A stretch of 64,000 bases of DNA from the NCBI GenBank assembly GCA_003141835.1, contig PLNR01000009.1:72307-136306 (forward strand), given 5' to 3'. Numbering within the stretch: position 1 is the stretch's first letter; each line of letters starts with the position of its first letter. Shown here piece after piece: positions 17,786 through 27,234 of the stretch. Origin of the DNA: Candidatus Omnitrophota bacterium (GTDB lineage: Bacteria; Omnitrophota; Gorgyraeia; Pluralincolimonadales; Pluralincolimonadaceae). A program made the translations under genes and the position numbers. The notes under the pieces were generated by a model. That model saw nothing but the letters and a program-made list of their open reading frames with translations, made no database searches and was not told where the DNA came from.

Positions 17786-19708
17786 TCATAACCGGCTCCG
17801 GATAGGCAAGCCCTTTCGGAGCCCGGCTATCGTGCTCCTTAACAGCCTGCAATACATGTCGAAACCTATCGCCTGGATAAAGCCGTGCTGTTCGGTGCCC
17901 AAAAGGTTGCCGGCGCCGCGCAGCTCAAGGTCCTCCATCGCTATCTTAAAACCGGAACCGAGCTCGGTATGCTCCTCTATCGCCTTGAGCCTCGCCTCGG
18001 CATCCTTCGGCAATTGCCACCCCTTTGGATAAAGGAAATATGAATACGCCTGGACGATATACCTGCCCACCCTCCCCCTCAGCTGGTAGAGGTCGGCCAG
18101 GCCGAACATATCTGCGCGGTTCACAAATATAGTGTTCGCATTGGGGATATCGATGCCGGACTGGATTATGGCGGTCGAGACGAGCACGTCGATCCTGCCT
18201 TTTATGAAACCGACCATGATATTCTCCAGTTCGTGCGCAGGCATCTGCCCGTGCGCCTCTTCTATTTTGGCGTTGGGGACGATCTCCTTCAACCGCTGCG
18301 CCAGCTTATTCAGCCCCTGTATCCTGTTATTAACAAAGAAGACCTGGCCGCCGCGTTTCAGTTCGCGGGTTATCCCTTCTTTTATTATCCGCTCGTCGAA
18401 CTCCGCGATCCTCGTCGCGACCGGTATCCTGTTCGCCGGCGGGGTGTCGATGACCGACATATCCTTTATGCCCATCAGCGACATATAGAGGGTGCGCGGG
18501 ATCGGCGTGGCAGTAAGCGTCAGGACGTCGACTAAAAGCCTCATTCTCTTCAACCGCTCCTTGTGTTTTACCCCGAACCTCTGTTCCTCGTCGATTATCA
18601 CAAGTCCGAGCTCCTTGAACGCCACGTCCTGCGAGAGTAGCCTGTGCGTCCCTATTATGATATCGATCGAACCATCCTTTACCCCGGCGATTATCACGTC
18701 CTGTTCCGAACCGCTCCTGAAACGCGAGAGCATCTCGATATTTACCGGGTATTCCTTCATCCTCTCCTTGAAGGTTGCGTAATGCTGTTCGGCGAGGATG
18801 GTAGTCGGCACGAGCATCGCGACCTGTTTGTTGTCAGTCACCGCCTTGAACGCGGCGCGCAAAGCGACTTCGGTCTTTCCGTATCCCACGTCGCCGCAGA
18901 CGAGCCTGTCCATCGGCTTCGGGCTTTCCATATCGCGTTTTATCTCCCGGGTCGCCCTTACCTGCGCCGGCGTATCCTTGAACCGGAACGACTTCTCGAG
19001 CCCGGCCTGCCACTCGGTATCTTTTGAAAATGCGTAGCCCTTCAACGACTCCCGCTTCGCCTGGATCTCGATGTATTCGAGGGCGAGCGAATAGATGCCT
19101 TTCCTGGCTCGCGCCTTCGCCAGCGCCCACGCCTTAGTCCCGAGCTTATAGAGCTTGGGCGGGCGCCCCTCGAAACCTATATATTTCTGGACGAGGCCCA
19201 TATCCGACATAGGCACGAAAAGTTTCGCGGCCTCGGCGTATTCGAGGACGATATAGTCGACGAATCCCTTCGGCTCCTTTACCCTCTCTATCCCTTTATA
19301 CCGGCCTATGCCGTGTTTTACGTGGACGACGTGATCGCCCGGGGATATGTCGACGAAGTTGCTTATCGGCAGCTCTTCGGATATGTCCAGTCCGGGAATG
19401 CGGCGGGTCTTTAGTTTGCGCGGGACTATGCCTTTGACCGGAAGGATGATCGCCATCTGGTGGTCGAGGAAAGAAGTGCCTGTGGCGATGTCGAACGATT
19501 TGATATGCGCGAGCCTGTCCGCGTCGAACTCGAGGCGCACCGGCTCGTCGAAGGTCATAGGAAAGATATCGAGGATCCCGCCGCGCTGGGCAAAGTCCCC
19601 CTCTTCGGCAACTTTCGGCCGCCGCTCATAACCCAGCTCGACCAGGCGGCCGTGCACCTTATCGAGGCTCAATTCCTCGTTCTTATAGAGTTTAAGTGAT
19701 TCGAACAT
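17786..19708 (-). CDS. mfd: Transcription-repair coupling factor Mfd, short form
   Basis: RGGILDIFP (UvrB-like D2), [11 protein letters not shown] (CarD/RID), [39 protein letters not shown]. Start set at MFESLK because the ORF-track extension runs through repeat DNA. Confidence 0.88.
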   Translation of the reverse strand: MFESLKLYKNEELSLDKVHGRLVELGYERRPKVAEEGDFAQRGGILDIFPMTFDEPVRLEFDADRLAHIKSFDIATGTSFLDHQMAIILPVKGIVPRKLKTRRIPGLDISEELPISNFVDISPGDHVVHVKHGIGRYKGIERVKEPKGFVDYIVLEYAEAAKLFVPMSDMGLVQKYIGFEGRPPKLYKLGTKAWALAKARARKGIYSLALEYIEIQAKRESLKGYAFSKDTEWQAGLEKSFRFKDTPAQVRATREIKRDMESPKPMDRLVCGDVGYGKTEVALRAAFKAVTDNKQVAMLVPTTILAEQHYATFKERMKEYPVNIEMLSRFRSGSEQDVIIAGVKDGSIDIIIGTHRLLSQDVAFKELGLVIIDEEQRFGVKHKERLKRMRLLVDVLTLTATPIPRTLYMSLMGIKDMSVIDTPPANRIPVATRIAEFDERIIKEGITRELKRGGQVFFVNNRIQGLNKLAQRLKEIVPNAKIEEAHGQMPAHELENIMVGFIKGRIDVLVSTAIIQSGIDIPNANTIFVNRADMFGLADLYQLRGRVGRYIVQAYSYFLYPKGWQLPKDAEARLKAIEEHTELGSGFKIAMEDLELRGAGNLLGTEQHGFIQAIGFDMYCRLLRSTIAGLRKGLPIRSRL

Positions 19709-19761
19709 AAATTTCTCCACGGCTTGTGTCACGTCTATCAACAGGTCCTTAGACCTCGTAC

Positions 19762-19843
19762 GGGCGGGTCCTGCCTGCCGAGCACCTCGTCCCATTTTGC
19801 TTCGGGCAAAAGGGACAAGGGCTCCGTCGGCAGTCACCCGCTT
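19762..19843. repeat. Long imperfect intergenic hairpin
   Basis: gggcgggt/acccgctt, ctgccga/tcggcag, gtccc/gggac, ttttgc/gcaaaa nested pairs. Confidence 0.7.
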
Positions 19844-19858
19844 GAACCAAAAGCAGTG

Positions 19859-20056
19859 CCGCAAATTCATTGCTCGGAAAACGAGGGTCTTTTGCCCCTC
19901 ATCGCCTGGAAAGACTCGAGCGGGCACGGATCGCCCGCTTATAATATCCTGCGAGAGCGAGAGGATTTCAAGCGGCGCGGGCCTCGCAGGGGCCCGCAAG
20001 CGCGCGATGAGGGGAAAAGAACCCGAGTTTTAGACCGCTGTGAATTTGCGGCCGGC
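19859..20056 (+). repeat. About 198-bp folded repeat element, copy A
   Basis: Terminal inverted arms gccgcaaattca.../...tgaatttgcggc; near-identical inverted copy at 55672-55867. Confidence 0.92.
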
Positions 20057-20066
20057 ACTGCGAAAG

Positions 20067-21728
20067 CTACATCTTTGCGGGACAGGAGACTCCGAGCAGG
20101 GTCAGGCCGTTGGCGAGTGTCTGCTTGACGCATGAGACCAGGTACAGCCTCGCGCGGCTGAGTTCCGCGTCGTCAGAGATAACCTTGTTCGCCTCGTAGA
20201 ATTTATGGAAACACGCAGCCAGTTCCTGCAGGTATGTTATTATCCTGTAAGGGTCGAGCTCCTGCGCGGCAAGTTTCACCGACGGCGGGAACTGCCTCAA
20301 TTCCTTGAATAAACTCAATTCCTCAGGCGCGCCGAGCAGCTCGAGGTCCGCGCCGGCGATATCATTATCCGGTAATTTCGACAAGGCAAGTATGCTGCAT
20401 ATCCTCGCGTGGGCGTACTGGACATAATAGACCGGGTTCTCCGGCGTCTGTTTCTTCGCAAGCTCCAGGTCGAAATCGAGGTGCGCATTGGCCTTCCTCA
20501 TCAGGAAGAAGAACCGCGCCGCGTCCTTGCCGACCTCATCGAGGACTTCGCGCAGGGTTATGTACTCGCCGGCCCGCGTGGACATCTTGACCGGCTGGCC
20601 GTTCTTATATAACGTCGCCAGCTGGATTATTATTATCGATACGGCGTCGGCCGGATAGCCTAGCGCCTGGACCGCGGCCTTTATCCTGTTTATATATCCG
20701 TGGTGGTCCGGCCCGAGTATGTCGATGACGCGCGAGAAGCCGCGTTCGAATTTATCCTTGTGATAGGCGATGTCCGGCGTCACGTACGTGTATGTGCCGT
20801 CGCTCTTTTTCAAGACCCTGTCCTTGTCGTCGCCGAACTGCGTGGACTTGAACCAGAGCGCGCCTTCTGCCTCGTACAATAATCCCTTATCCTTAAGGAG
20901 GCCGAGCGTCTTCTCTATCTTGCCTGACGCGCCCAGCGCCTTCTGGCTGAACCAGACGTCGAATTTCACGCCGAAATCCAGGAGCTCTTGTCTAATTTCT
21001 TTCAAGAGGTAATGACAACCCCAGACCGAGAATACCTTGAGGTCTTCAGCCGACCCGGCCTTGTATTTGTCACCGTGCTCCTTGCGGAACTCCTCGGCCA
21101 TCTCCTTAATATACTCGCCTTTATAGCCGTTCTCCGGGAACTCATACTGGTCGCCGATCTCCTGCCTGTACCTGGCGTATATAGACTGGCCGAGTATCGT
21201 TATCTGGACGCCTTCGTCGTTTATGTAATATTCGCGGGTCACATCGAAACCGTTGGCCTTGATTATATTGGCGAGTGAGTCGCCGAACGCGGCCTGGCGC
21301 GCGTGCGCGACGCTCAGCGTGCCGGTAGGGTTCGCACTGACGAACTCGACCTGTATCTTCTTTCCCTTCCCGGAATCGTTATGGCCGAACTTCTCTTTCC
21401 CGGACCTTATATCCTTGAGCACCTGGCGCAGCGCACCGGCAGAAAGCCTGATATTTATAAAACCGTTGAGCGGCTCTACGGCATCGATGGTGCTTTTGAG
21501 CGGTGAGGACGCGAGGGCGCCGGTGAGCGCCTTGGCTATCTCCTTGGCCAGCTCGGCCGGATTTATCTTCAGCGGCTTTGCCAGCCTGAAGGCAATATTC
21601 GTCGAGATGTCGCCGTGGGAGGGATCCCTGGGGTTCTCGAGAAAAAGGAAATCAGCGGAGTAAAGGCCCTTAAGCCTTTCCAACCCGCTTAAATTCCTGT
21701 CTATAAATCCGAGTATTTGTTTTTCCAT
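20067..21728 (-). CDS. argS: Arginine--tRNA ligase
   Basis: HGDISTN, VEFVSANPTG, REYYIND, GPDHHGY, KMSTRAG, YVQYAHAR; start set at MEKQILG. Confidence 0.96.
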   Translation of the reverse strand: MEKQILGFIDRNLSGLERLKGLYSADFLFLENPRDPSHGDISTNIAFRLAKPLKINPAELAKEIAKALTGALASSPLKSTIDAVEPLNGFINIRLSAGALRQVLKDIRSGKEKFGHNDSGKGKKIQVEFVSANPTGTLSVAHARQAAFGDSLANIIKANGFDVTREYYINDEGVQITILGQSIYARYRQEIGDQYEFPENGYKGEYIKEMAEEFRKEHGDKYKAGSAEDLKVFSVWGCHYLLKEIRQELLDFGVKFDVWFSQKALGASGKIEKTLGLLKDKGLLYEAEGALWFKSTQFGDDKDRVLKKSDGTYTYVTPDIAYHKDKFERGFSRVIDILGPDHHGYINRIKAAVQALGYPADAVSIIIIQLATLYKNGQPVKMSTRAGEYITLREVLDEVGKDAARFFFLMRKANAHLDFDLELAKKQTPENPVYYVQYAHARICSILALSKLPDNDIAGADLELLGAPEELSLFKELRQFPPSVKLAAQELDPYRIITYLQELAACFHKFYEANKVISDDAELSRARLYLVSCVKQTLANGLTLLGVSCPAKM

Positions 21729-21743
21729 CTTACCTGTTAAATA

Positions 21744-21775
21744 TAATGCCACCCGCATTGACGCGGGTGGCATTA
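21744..21775. repeat. 13-bp perfect inverted repeat between rsfS and argS
   Basis: taatgccacccgc-attgac-gcgggtggcatta. Confidence 0.8.
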
Positions 21776-21789
21776 ATGTGAACTATCGC

Positions 21790-22128
21790 TTAGCTGAGTT
21801 TTTCCTGAGGCACATCGCCCCAAAGACTCTCCAGGTCGTAGAATTTCCGGGCTTCGGGTTCGAATATATGCACGACGCAATTGCCGAAATCCAGCAAAAC
21901 CCAATTCGACTCCCTGCCTTCCCTGTGCCAGAGCCTTATCCCTTCTTCCTCCAGCTTCGATTCTATCTCTTCCGATATGGCCTTCGCCTGGCGGATATTG
22001 GCCGCGGTCATCACGATGAAATAATCGCAGAATGCCGAAACCTTACCCACATCGACTAGGACTATATCCTCGGCCTTCTTCTCTATAGCTGCATCAGCTA
22101 TAAGGACGGCCTTTGATCTGGTATCTAT
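21790..22128 (-). CDS. rsfS: Ribosome silencing factor RsfS (Iojap)
   Basis: AIEKKAEDIVLVDV...FCDYFIV...WVLLDFGNCVVHIF...RKFYDLESLWGD; reading frame extends to an ATA at 22128. Confidence 0.92.
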   Translation of the reverse strand: MDTRSKAVLIADAAIEKKAEDIVLVDVGKVSAFCDYFIVMTAANIRQAKAISEEIESKLEEEGIRLWHREGRESNWVLLDFGNCVVHIFEPEARKFYDLESLWGDVPQEKLS

Positions 22129-22129
22129 C

Positions 22130-22270
22130 TTACTTTCCTAATATCCTGTACATGCCGGTACCGCAAGCGGGGCATTTGCCCTTCATAGCTTTACGGCCGT
22201 TCTTCATCGTTTCTTCTTTCGCGTCTTTCATTTCCTGTTTTTTCTTGCATTTCACGCAATACCCTTCCAT
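22130..22270 (-). CDS. 46-aa zinc-ribbon small protein (DUF5679-like)
   Basis: Not in ORF track. MEGYCVKCKKKQEMKDAKEETMKNGRKAMKGKCPACGTGMYRILGK; GAGGAGG RBS; two CxxC motifs. Confidence 0.88.
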   Translation of the reverse strand: MEGYCVKCKKKQEMKDAKEETMKNGRKAMKGKCPACGTGMYRILGK

Positions 22271-22302
22271 AGAACACCTCCTCTTAGGTTTGGAATACGG
22301 TT

Positions 22303-22331
22303 AGTCTACCACACCTCACTGCGCCTGTCAA
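22303..22331 (-). promoter_or_regulatory. Putative sigma70 promoter for small protein-rsfS-argS
   Basis: TTGACA-17 bp-TAGACT with TGn extension. Confidence 0.65.
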
Positions 22332-22349
22332 GGCAGACGGCAGGCGGGA

Positions 22350-23360
22350 CTATCCTATCGATTCGTCCATCTCTCCTACAATCTCTTCCAGCAGGTCTTT
22401 AAGGGTCACGAGGCCTACCGCCTGCTTCTTCGCGTCCGTCACTATCGCTATCTGCACCTTCATGTGCTGGAAATCCTTGAGCAGGTCGCTGACCCTTTTG
22501 TTCTTCTGCACAAAATAAGCCTCGCGGACCAGGTCCGGTATTATAACGAGGCCCTTGTTCTGCCAGATATAGAGCAGGTCCCTCGCGTAAATGACACCGA
22601 CGATGTTATCCTGTGAGCCCTTGTAGACCGGGATCCTCGAATGCCCCTCCTCGACGAGGAGGTTGAGCAGGTCCTCGGCCGTCGCCTCGATATCTATCGC
22701 GATCACCTTTTCCTTCGGCACCATCACCTCGCTTACGAGCGTGTCGCCGAACTCGAATATCTTATGGAGCATCTTGCGCTCCTCGTCGCCGAGGACGCCC
22801 TCTTCCTTGCCCAGCTCTATCATGAGCCTTATCTCTTCCTCTGTTATGAGCGGGCCGCGCTTCGTCTCGCCGCCGAATATTTTTATGATACCGTTACCGA
22901 TGGCGTAAAATACCCGGGCGATGGGAGCTAATACGTCAAGGACAAATTTTAGCGGTACGGCTATTTCCATTGATGTCTTTTCCGCGCGCTGGACCGCGAA
23001 GACCTTGGGCACTATCTCGCCGAAGACCACGATCACTGTCGCGCCTACCACGGTCGCGAGCGCCATTCCGATATCCTCGCCGTATATATGGATAAGCACG
23101 AAAGCGATGAGGACCGATATTGCGGTATTTACTATATTATTGCCCACGAGGATGGAGGTGATGAGGCGGTCCGGGTTCGAGAGGAGCGTATAGACCAGTT
23201 TGGCGTTCTTTGAACCCTTATTCATCAGGTTGCGCAGGCGTATCTTGTTCAATGATATGAGCGCCGTCTCGGAGAGCGAGAAGAAAGCCGAGACAATAAG
23301 GAGGATCCCTATCGTTATAAAAAGAGGCCAAAAATGCCCGACTTCCTGGAGCTTTGTCAT
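22350..23360 (-). CDS. CNNM/hemolysin-family (DUF21 + CBS) transporter
   Basis: SAFFSLSETAL, LVGNNIVN, GEIVPK, HSRIPVY, DLLEEIVG. Confidence 0.9.
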   Translation of the reverse strand: MTKLQEVGHFWPLFITIGILLIVSAFFSLSETALISLNKIRLRNLMNKGSKNAKLVYTLLSNPDRLITSILVGNNIVNTAISVLIAFVLIHIYGEDIGMALATVVGATVIVVFGEIVPKVFAVQRAEKTSMEIAVPLKFVLDVLAPIARVFYAIGNGIIKIFGGETKRGPLITEEEIRLMIELGKEEGVLGDEERKMLHKIFEFGDTLVSEVMVPKEKVIAIDIEATAEDLLNLLVEEGHSRIPVYKGSQDNIVGVIYARDLLYIWQNKGLVIIPDLVREAYFVQKNKRVSDLLKDFQHMKVQIAIVTDAKKQAVGLVTLKDLLEEIVGEMDESIG

Positions 23361-23367
23361 CTATATC

Positions 23368-23937
23368 CTATCTATAAAGCCTGCGGGCTATTATGTATTC
23401 CCTTACCGGCTCAGGGACAAGATACCTTATCGACTTGCTTTCCGATATCTTCTTCCTTATAAGCGAGGATGATATCTCAAGCGATGTTATCGTGACGACA
23501 TCGATGCCGCTCGGGACGTTAGCTATGTCGTATCCCGGGCGGTTTGCGACTATGAAATGCGAGAGCTTGAATATCTGGTCGATCTCTTTCCATGAATAGA
23601 TCTCGCCCAGCGAATCCGCGCCGGTGATAAAGAATAGCTTCGCCTCCTCGCCGTATTTCTGCTTGAACGCCTTTAACGTCTCCACCGAATAAGACGTCGT
23701 CTTCGAATCTATCTCGAACGATGATACCTCAAAATCCGAATTGCCCCTCAACGCCAGCTCGACCATCTTGAACCTGTCGTTCGGCTCGGCGAGCGCCTCT
23801 TCCTTCTTGTGCGGCGGTATGTAAGCCGGGACAAAAATTACCTTGTCGAGATTGAGCTTCTCCCTCGCCTCTTCGGCAAGGACGAGATGCCCTACGTGGA
23901 TCGGGTTGAAAGTGCCTCCGAGTATGCCTATGCGCAT
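23368..23937 (-). CDS. nadD: Nicotinate-nucleotide adenylyltransferase
   Basis: GGTFNPIHVGH, PPHK, FITGADS, ISSSLIR. Confidence 0.96.
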   Translation of the reverse strand: MRIGILGGTFNPIHVGHLVLAEEAREKLNLDKVIFVPAYIPPHKKEEALAEPNDRFKMVELALRGNSDFEVSSFEIDSKTTSYSVETLKAFKQKYGEEAKLFFITGADSLGEIYSWKEIDQIFKLSHFIVANRPGYDIANVPSGIDVVTITSLEISSSLIRKKISESKSIRYLVPEPVREYIIARRLYR

Positions 23938-23941
23938 GATG

Positions 23942-25201
23942 TCACTCCCTTATCTGTCCGTCGCCGTAGATGATATATTTGTAGCTTGTCAGTTCTTCGA
24001 CGCCAACCGGGCCGCGCGCGTGGAACTTGTCGGTCGAGATGCCTATCTCGGCGCCGAAACCGAACTCTCCGCCGTCGGTAAAGCGCGTCGAGGCGTTTAC
24101 ATAGACCGCAGCCGAATCGACCCTGCGGAGGAACTCGACGGCATTATGGTAGTTCTCGGTCACTATCGCGTCCGAGAGTTTGGTGCTGTATTTGTTTATG
24201 TGTTCGACCGCCTCATGCAGGTCCTTGACGACCTTTATCGAGATTATCAGGTCGAGGTATTCGGTAGACCAATCCTTCTCGGTGGCAGCCTTTATCCCTT
24301 TGACGATCCTCCTGGTCATAGGGCAGCCCCTTATCTCGACGCCGGCCTCTTTATATTTCTTTGCCATCGACGGCAGGAACCTCGCCGCGATATCTTCGCT
24401 CACAAGCAGGGTCTCCATCGCGTTGCAGACCGAAGGCCTCTGGACTTTCGCGTTGAAACAGATCTTCTCGGCCATGTTGAGGTCCGCGTCATCGTCCACA
24501 TAGACGTGGCATATGCCTTTGTAATGCTTGAGGACCGGGATCTTCGAACGCTGCGCGACTTCTTTTATTAAACTCTCTCCGCCTCTCGGGATTATAAGGT
24601 CGACATAATCGCTCAGCGTCAGCAGTATATGCACGGCCTTCCTGTCAGTCGTCTTTATAAGGTTGATGGCGCCGTCAGGGATGCCGTTCGCTTTCGCCGC
24701 GTCATTGAGCGCCTCAAATATCGCGATATTGGAGTTTATCGCCTCGCTGCCGCCGCGCAGTATCGCGCAGTTGCCGGCCTTGAGGCATAATCCTATGCAA
24801 TCTGCCGTGACATTCGGGCGCGATTCATATATGACGCCGATCACGCCGAGCGGCACCCTTAATTTCCCTATCCATAACCCGTTCGGGCGCGTCCACATCT
24901 TAATGACTTCGCCGATAGGGTCGTGCTGGGCCGCGACCTGGCGCAAAGAATCGGCCATAGCCTTTATGCGTTTATCATCCAGCGTGAGCCGGTCGATGAA
25001 GGCGGCGTTAAGTTTTTTAGCCTTTGCGGCTTTCACGTCTTTCTTGTTCGCGGCAATTATGGAGGCTTTATTCCTCTCGAGCCCGTCTGCCATCGCGGTG
25101 AGCGCGCCGTCCTTCACCCTGGACGAAAGCTGGCCCATTATAAACGATGCCTTCTTCGCGCCCCGGGCGATAGCTAATATATCATTCTTCAAGCCGCCCA
25201 T
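23942..25201 (-). CDS. proA: Glutamate-5-semialdehyde dehydrogenase
   Basis: VPLGVIGVIYESRPNVT, PRGGESL, CNAMET, NASTRFTDG, EIGIST. Confidence 0.97.
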   Translation of the reverse strand: MGGLKNDILAIARGAKKASFIMGQLSSRVKDGALTAMADGLERNKASIIAANKKDVKAAKAKKLNAAFIDRLTLDDKRIKAMADSLRQVAAQHDPIGEVIKMWTRPNGLWIGKLRVPLGVIGVIYESRPNVTADCIGLCLKAGNCAILRGGSEAINSNIAIFEALNDAAKANGIPDGAINLIKTTDRKAVHILLTLSDYVDLIIPRGGESLIKEVAQRSKIPVLKHYKGICHVYVDDDADLNMAEKICFNAKVQRPSVCNAMETLLVSEDIAARFLPSMAKKYKEAGVEIRGCPMTRRIVKGIKAATEKDWSTEYLDLIISIKVVKDLHEAVEHINKYSTKLSDAIVTENYHNAVEFLRRVDSAAVYVNASTRFTDGGEFGFGAEIGISTDKFHARGPVGVEELTSYKYIIYGDGQIRE

Positions 25202-25999
25202 CTATGGAACACTCCTTTTACGCTTAGGAACAAAAATAGTGCCGACTTTTTCCTTATTCACGATCTTCGTAAGTATCTCTTCGGCCTTGCCGTTGGCGAT
25301 GACCATCGGAATGCCGGCTTCGGTAGCCGTCTTCGCGGCCTTTATCTTCGTAGACATCCCGCCGACGCACGTCTCTTTGTCGGTGCCGCAAGCAAGCTTT
25401 TCTATGCCGGCGTCTATCTCCTCCACCACATCGATGACTTCCTTCTTTTCCATGTGGCAGTAGAGCCCGTCAACGTCGGAAAGTACTATCAGCAAGTCCG
25501 CCTCCAGGAGTTTTGCCACGAGGCTCGCGAGAGTGTCGTTATCGCCGAATTTTATCTCATCGACCGAGACCGTATCGTTCTCGTTGACAATAGGTACGGC
25601 GCCGTATTCGAGGATGGTGTGTATCGTGTTCTTTACGCTCGTATACCTCTTCTTCTCCTCGAGGTCGTCTCGCGTCAATAAAACCTGGGCGACCTTCCGG
25701 CCGTAGCCCTTGAAATATTCGTCATACGCCTTCATAAGCTGGGCCTGGCCTATGGCCGCGGCAGCCTGTAAGTGTTCGAGAGTCTTCGGGCGCGACTTCA
25801 GCCCCAGGAGGTGCATGCCGGCGCCTATAGCGCCGGAGCTTACGAGCACGACCTTTATCCCCTTATCGCACATCTCACAGACCTGCTTTGAAATGCTCTT
25901 AATGGCGCTCTTATCCATGGGCGAGGTCTTAGACGTTAATGTCGATGTCCCGACCTTTACGACCACTAATTTTAAATTCGAAAGGTATTTTTCCCTCAT
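25202..25999 (-). CDS. proB: Glutamate 5-kinase (no PUA domain)
   Basis: VVKVGTS, VSSGAIGAG, NENDTV, FGDNDTL, GGMSTKI. Confidence 0.96.
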   Translation of the reverse strand: MREKYLSNLKLVVVKVGTSTLTSKTSPMDKSAIKSISKQVCEMCDKGIKVVLVSSGAIGAGMHLLGLKSRPKTLEHLQAAAAIGQAQLMKAYDEYFKGYGRKVAQVLLTRDDLEEKKRYTSVKNTIHTILEYGAVPIVNENDTVSVDEIKFGDNDTLASLVAKLLEADLLIVLSDVDGLYCHMEKKEVIDVVEEIDAGIEKLACGTDKETCVGGMSTKIKAAKTATEAGIPMVIANGKAEEILTKIVNKEKVGTIFVPKRKRSVP

Positions 26000-26964
26000 C
26001 CTATCTCTTCCAGTTTTTTCGCTATCAGGTCCACGAGTTCCTTCGTACCGTCACCGGTCTTTGCCGATATGGGTATTATATCCCTTTTTATTTTTTCTTT
26101 AAACTTTTTTAGGTTCTCTTCCGCCTGCGGAAGGTCCATCTTATTGGCAACCAGGATCTGCGGTTTCTTTTCCGCGCTTGCGCCGTATTGCTTCAGTTCG
26201 TTATTTAAGATCTTATAATCCTCGACCGGGTCCCTGGTGTCTACCCCGGCCATGTCTACGATATGCACCAGCACTTTCGTGCGGTCGATATGCTTAAGGA
26301 ATTTATGGCCGAGCCCCTTGCCTTCATGCGCGCCTTCTATCAGCCCGGGGATATCGGCTATCTTAAAATGGCGGCCGTCCTTATATTCGACTATTCCGAG
26401 TACCGGCTCTAATGTCGTGAACGGGTACGCCGCTATCTTAGGCTTGGCCTTGGAGATGTACGATATGAGCGATGACTTTCCCGCGTTCGGGAAACCGAGG
26501 AGCCCGCAATCGGCTATCAGTTTCAGCTCGAGCGAGAGCAATCTCTCTTCGCCGGGTTCGCCGGGTGTCGCGGGTTTCTTGCAGGCGTTGCCGCGCCCGC
26601 CGTGGCCGCCTTTGACTACGATAAAGCTCTCTCCGGACGAGGTCAGGTCCCTTAAGACGCGGCCTGTATCAAAATCCTTTATGACGGTCCCGCATGGGAC
26701 CTCCATGACGCAGTCCTCCCCCGTCTTTCCGTTCTTATTATTGGATGAGCCGTTCTCGCCTTTGTGGGCTTTGAAGTGCCTGCGGTACTGGAAGTCCAGG
26801 AGGGTGTGTATGTTCTCGTTCGCGCGTATGACGACGTTGCCCCCGTTGCCGCCCGGCCCGCCGTTCATGACCGGGAAACGGGAATACCTGTCCTTATACA
26901 CACTCGAGCAACCGTCGCCGCCGTGGCCTGCTTTGACCTCGATCTTCGCGGTATCTACAAACAC
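25996..26964 (-). CDS. obgE: GTPase ObgE/CgtA
   Basis: MFVD...AGHGGDG, GFPNAGKS, YPFTT, DIPGLIEGA, NKMD. Confidence 0.97.
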   Translation of the reverse strand: MFVDTAKIEVKAGHGGDGCSSVYKDRYSRFPVMNGGPGGNGGNVVIRANENIHTLLDFQYRRHFKAHKGENGSSNNKNGKTGEDCVMEVPCGTVIKDFDTGRVLRDLTSSGESFIVVKGGHGGRGNACKKPATPGEPGEERLLSLELKLIADCGLLGFPNAGKSSLISYISKAKPKIAAYPFTTLEPVLGIVEYKDGRHFKIADIPGLIEGAHEGKGLGHKFLKHIDRTKVLVHIVDMAGVDTRDPVEDYKILNNELKQYGASAEKKPQILVANKMDLPQAEENLKKFKEKIKRDIIPISAKTGDGTKELVDLIAKKLEEIG

Positions 26965-26985
26965 CTTGGCTTTCGGCTTCTTATT

Positions 26986-27225
26986 TTATTGTGGCAGGAT
27001 GCTTACAGTTTTGGACTTGAAAGTTACTATTCCGTCTTTTAAGGCGAAAAGCGTATCGTCTTTGCCCTTGCCGACATTGATGCCCGCTTTGAACGGGGTC
27101 CCGCGCTGCCTTATTATAATGCTTCCGGCTGTGACCTTCTGTCCGCCTGAAGCCTTTAACCCTAACCTCTGGGAATTGCTGTCGCGGCCGTTACGTGTAG
27201 ATCCTTGTCCTTTATGATGAGCCAT
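26986..27225 (-). CDS. rpmA: 50S ribosomal protein L27
   Basis: [16 protein letters not shown]...RQRGT...DDTLFA. Confidence 0.98.
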   Translation of the reverse strand: MAHHKGQGSTRNGRDSNSQRLGLKASGGQKVTAGSIIIRQRGTPFKAGINVGKGKDDTLFALKDGIVTFKSKTVSILPQ

Positions 27226-27234
27226 TGTCTCCTC

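Noticed and set aside
19709-19999. 97-aa N-terminal extension of Mfd in the ORF track, and ORFs 19939-20133 and 55475-55885 sharing peptides
   Set aside because: The shared peptides come from read-through of repeat A/A'; no Mfd similarity.
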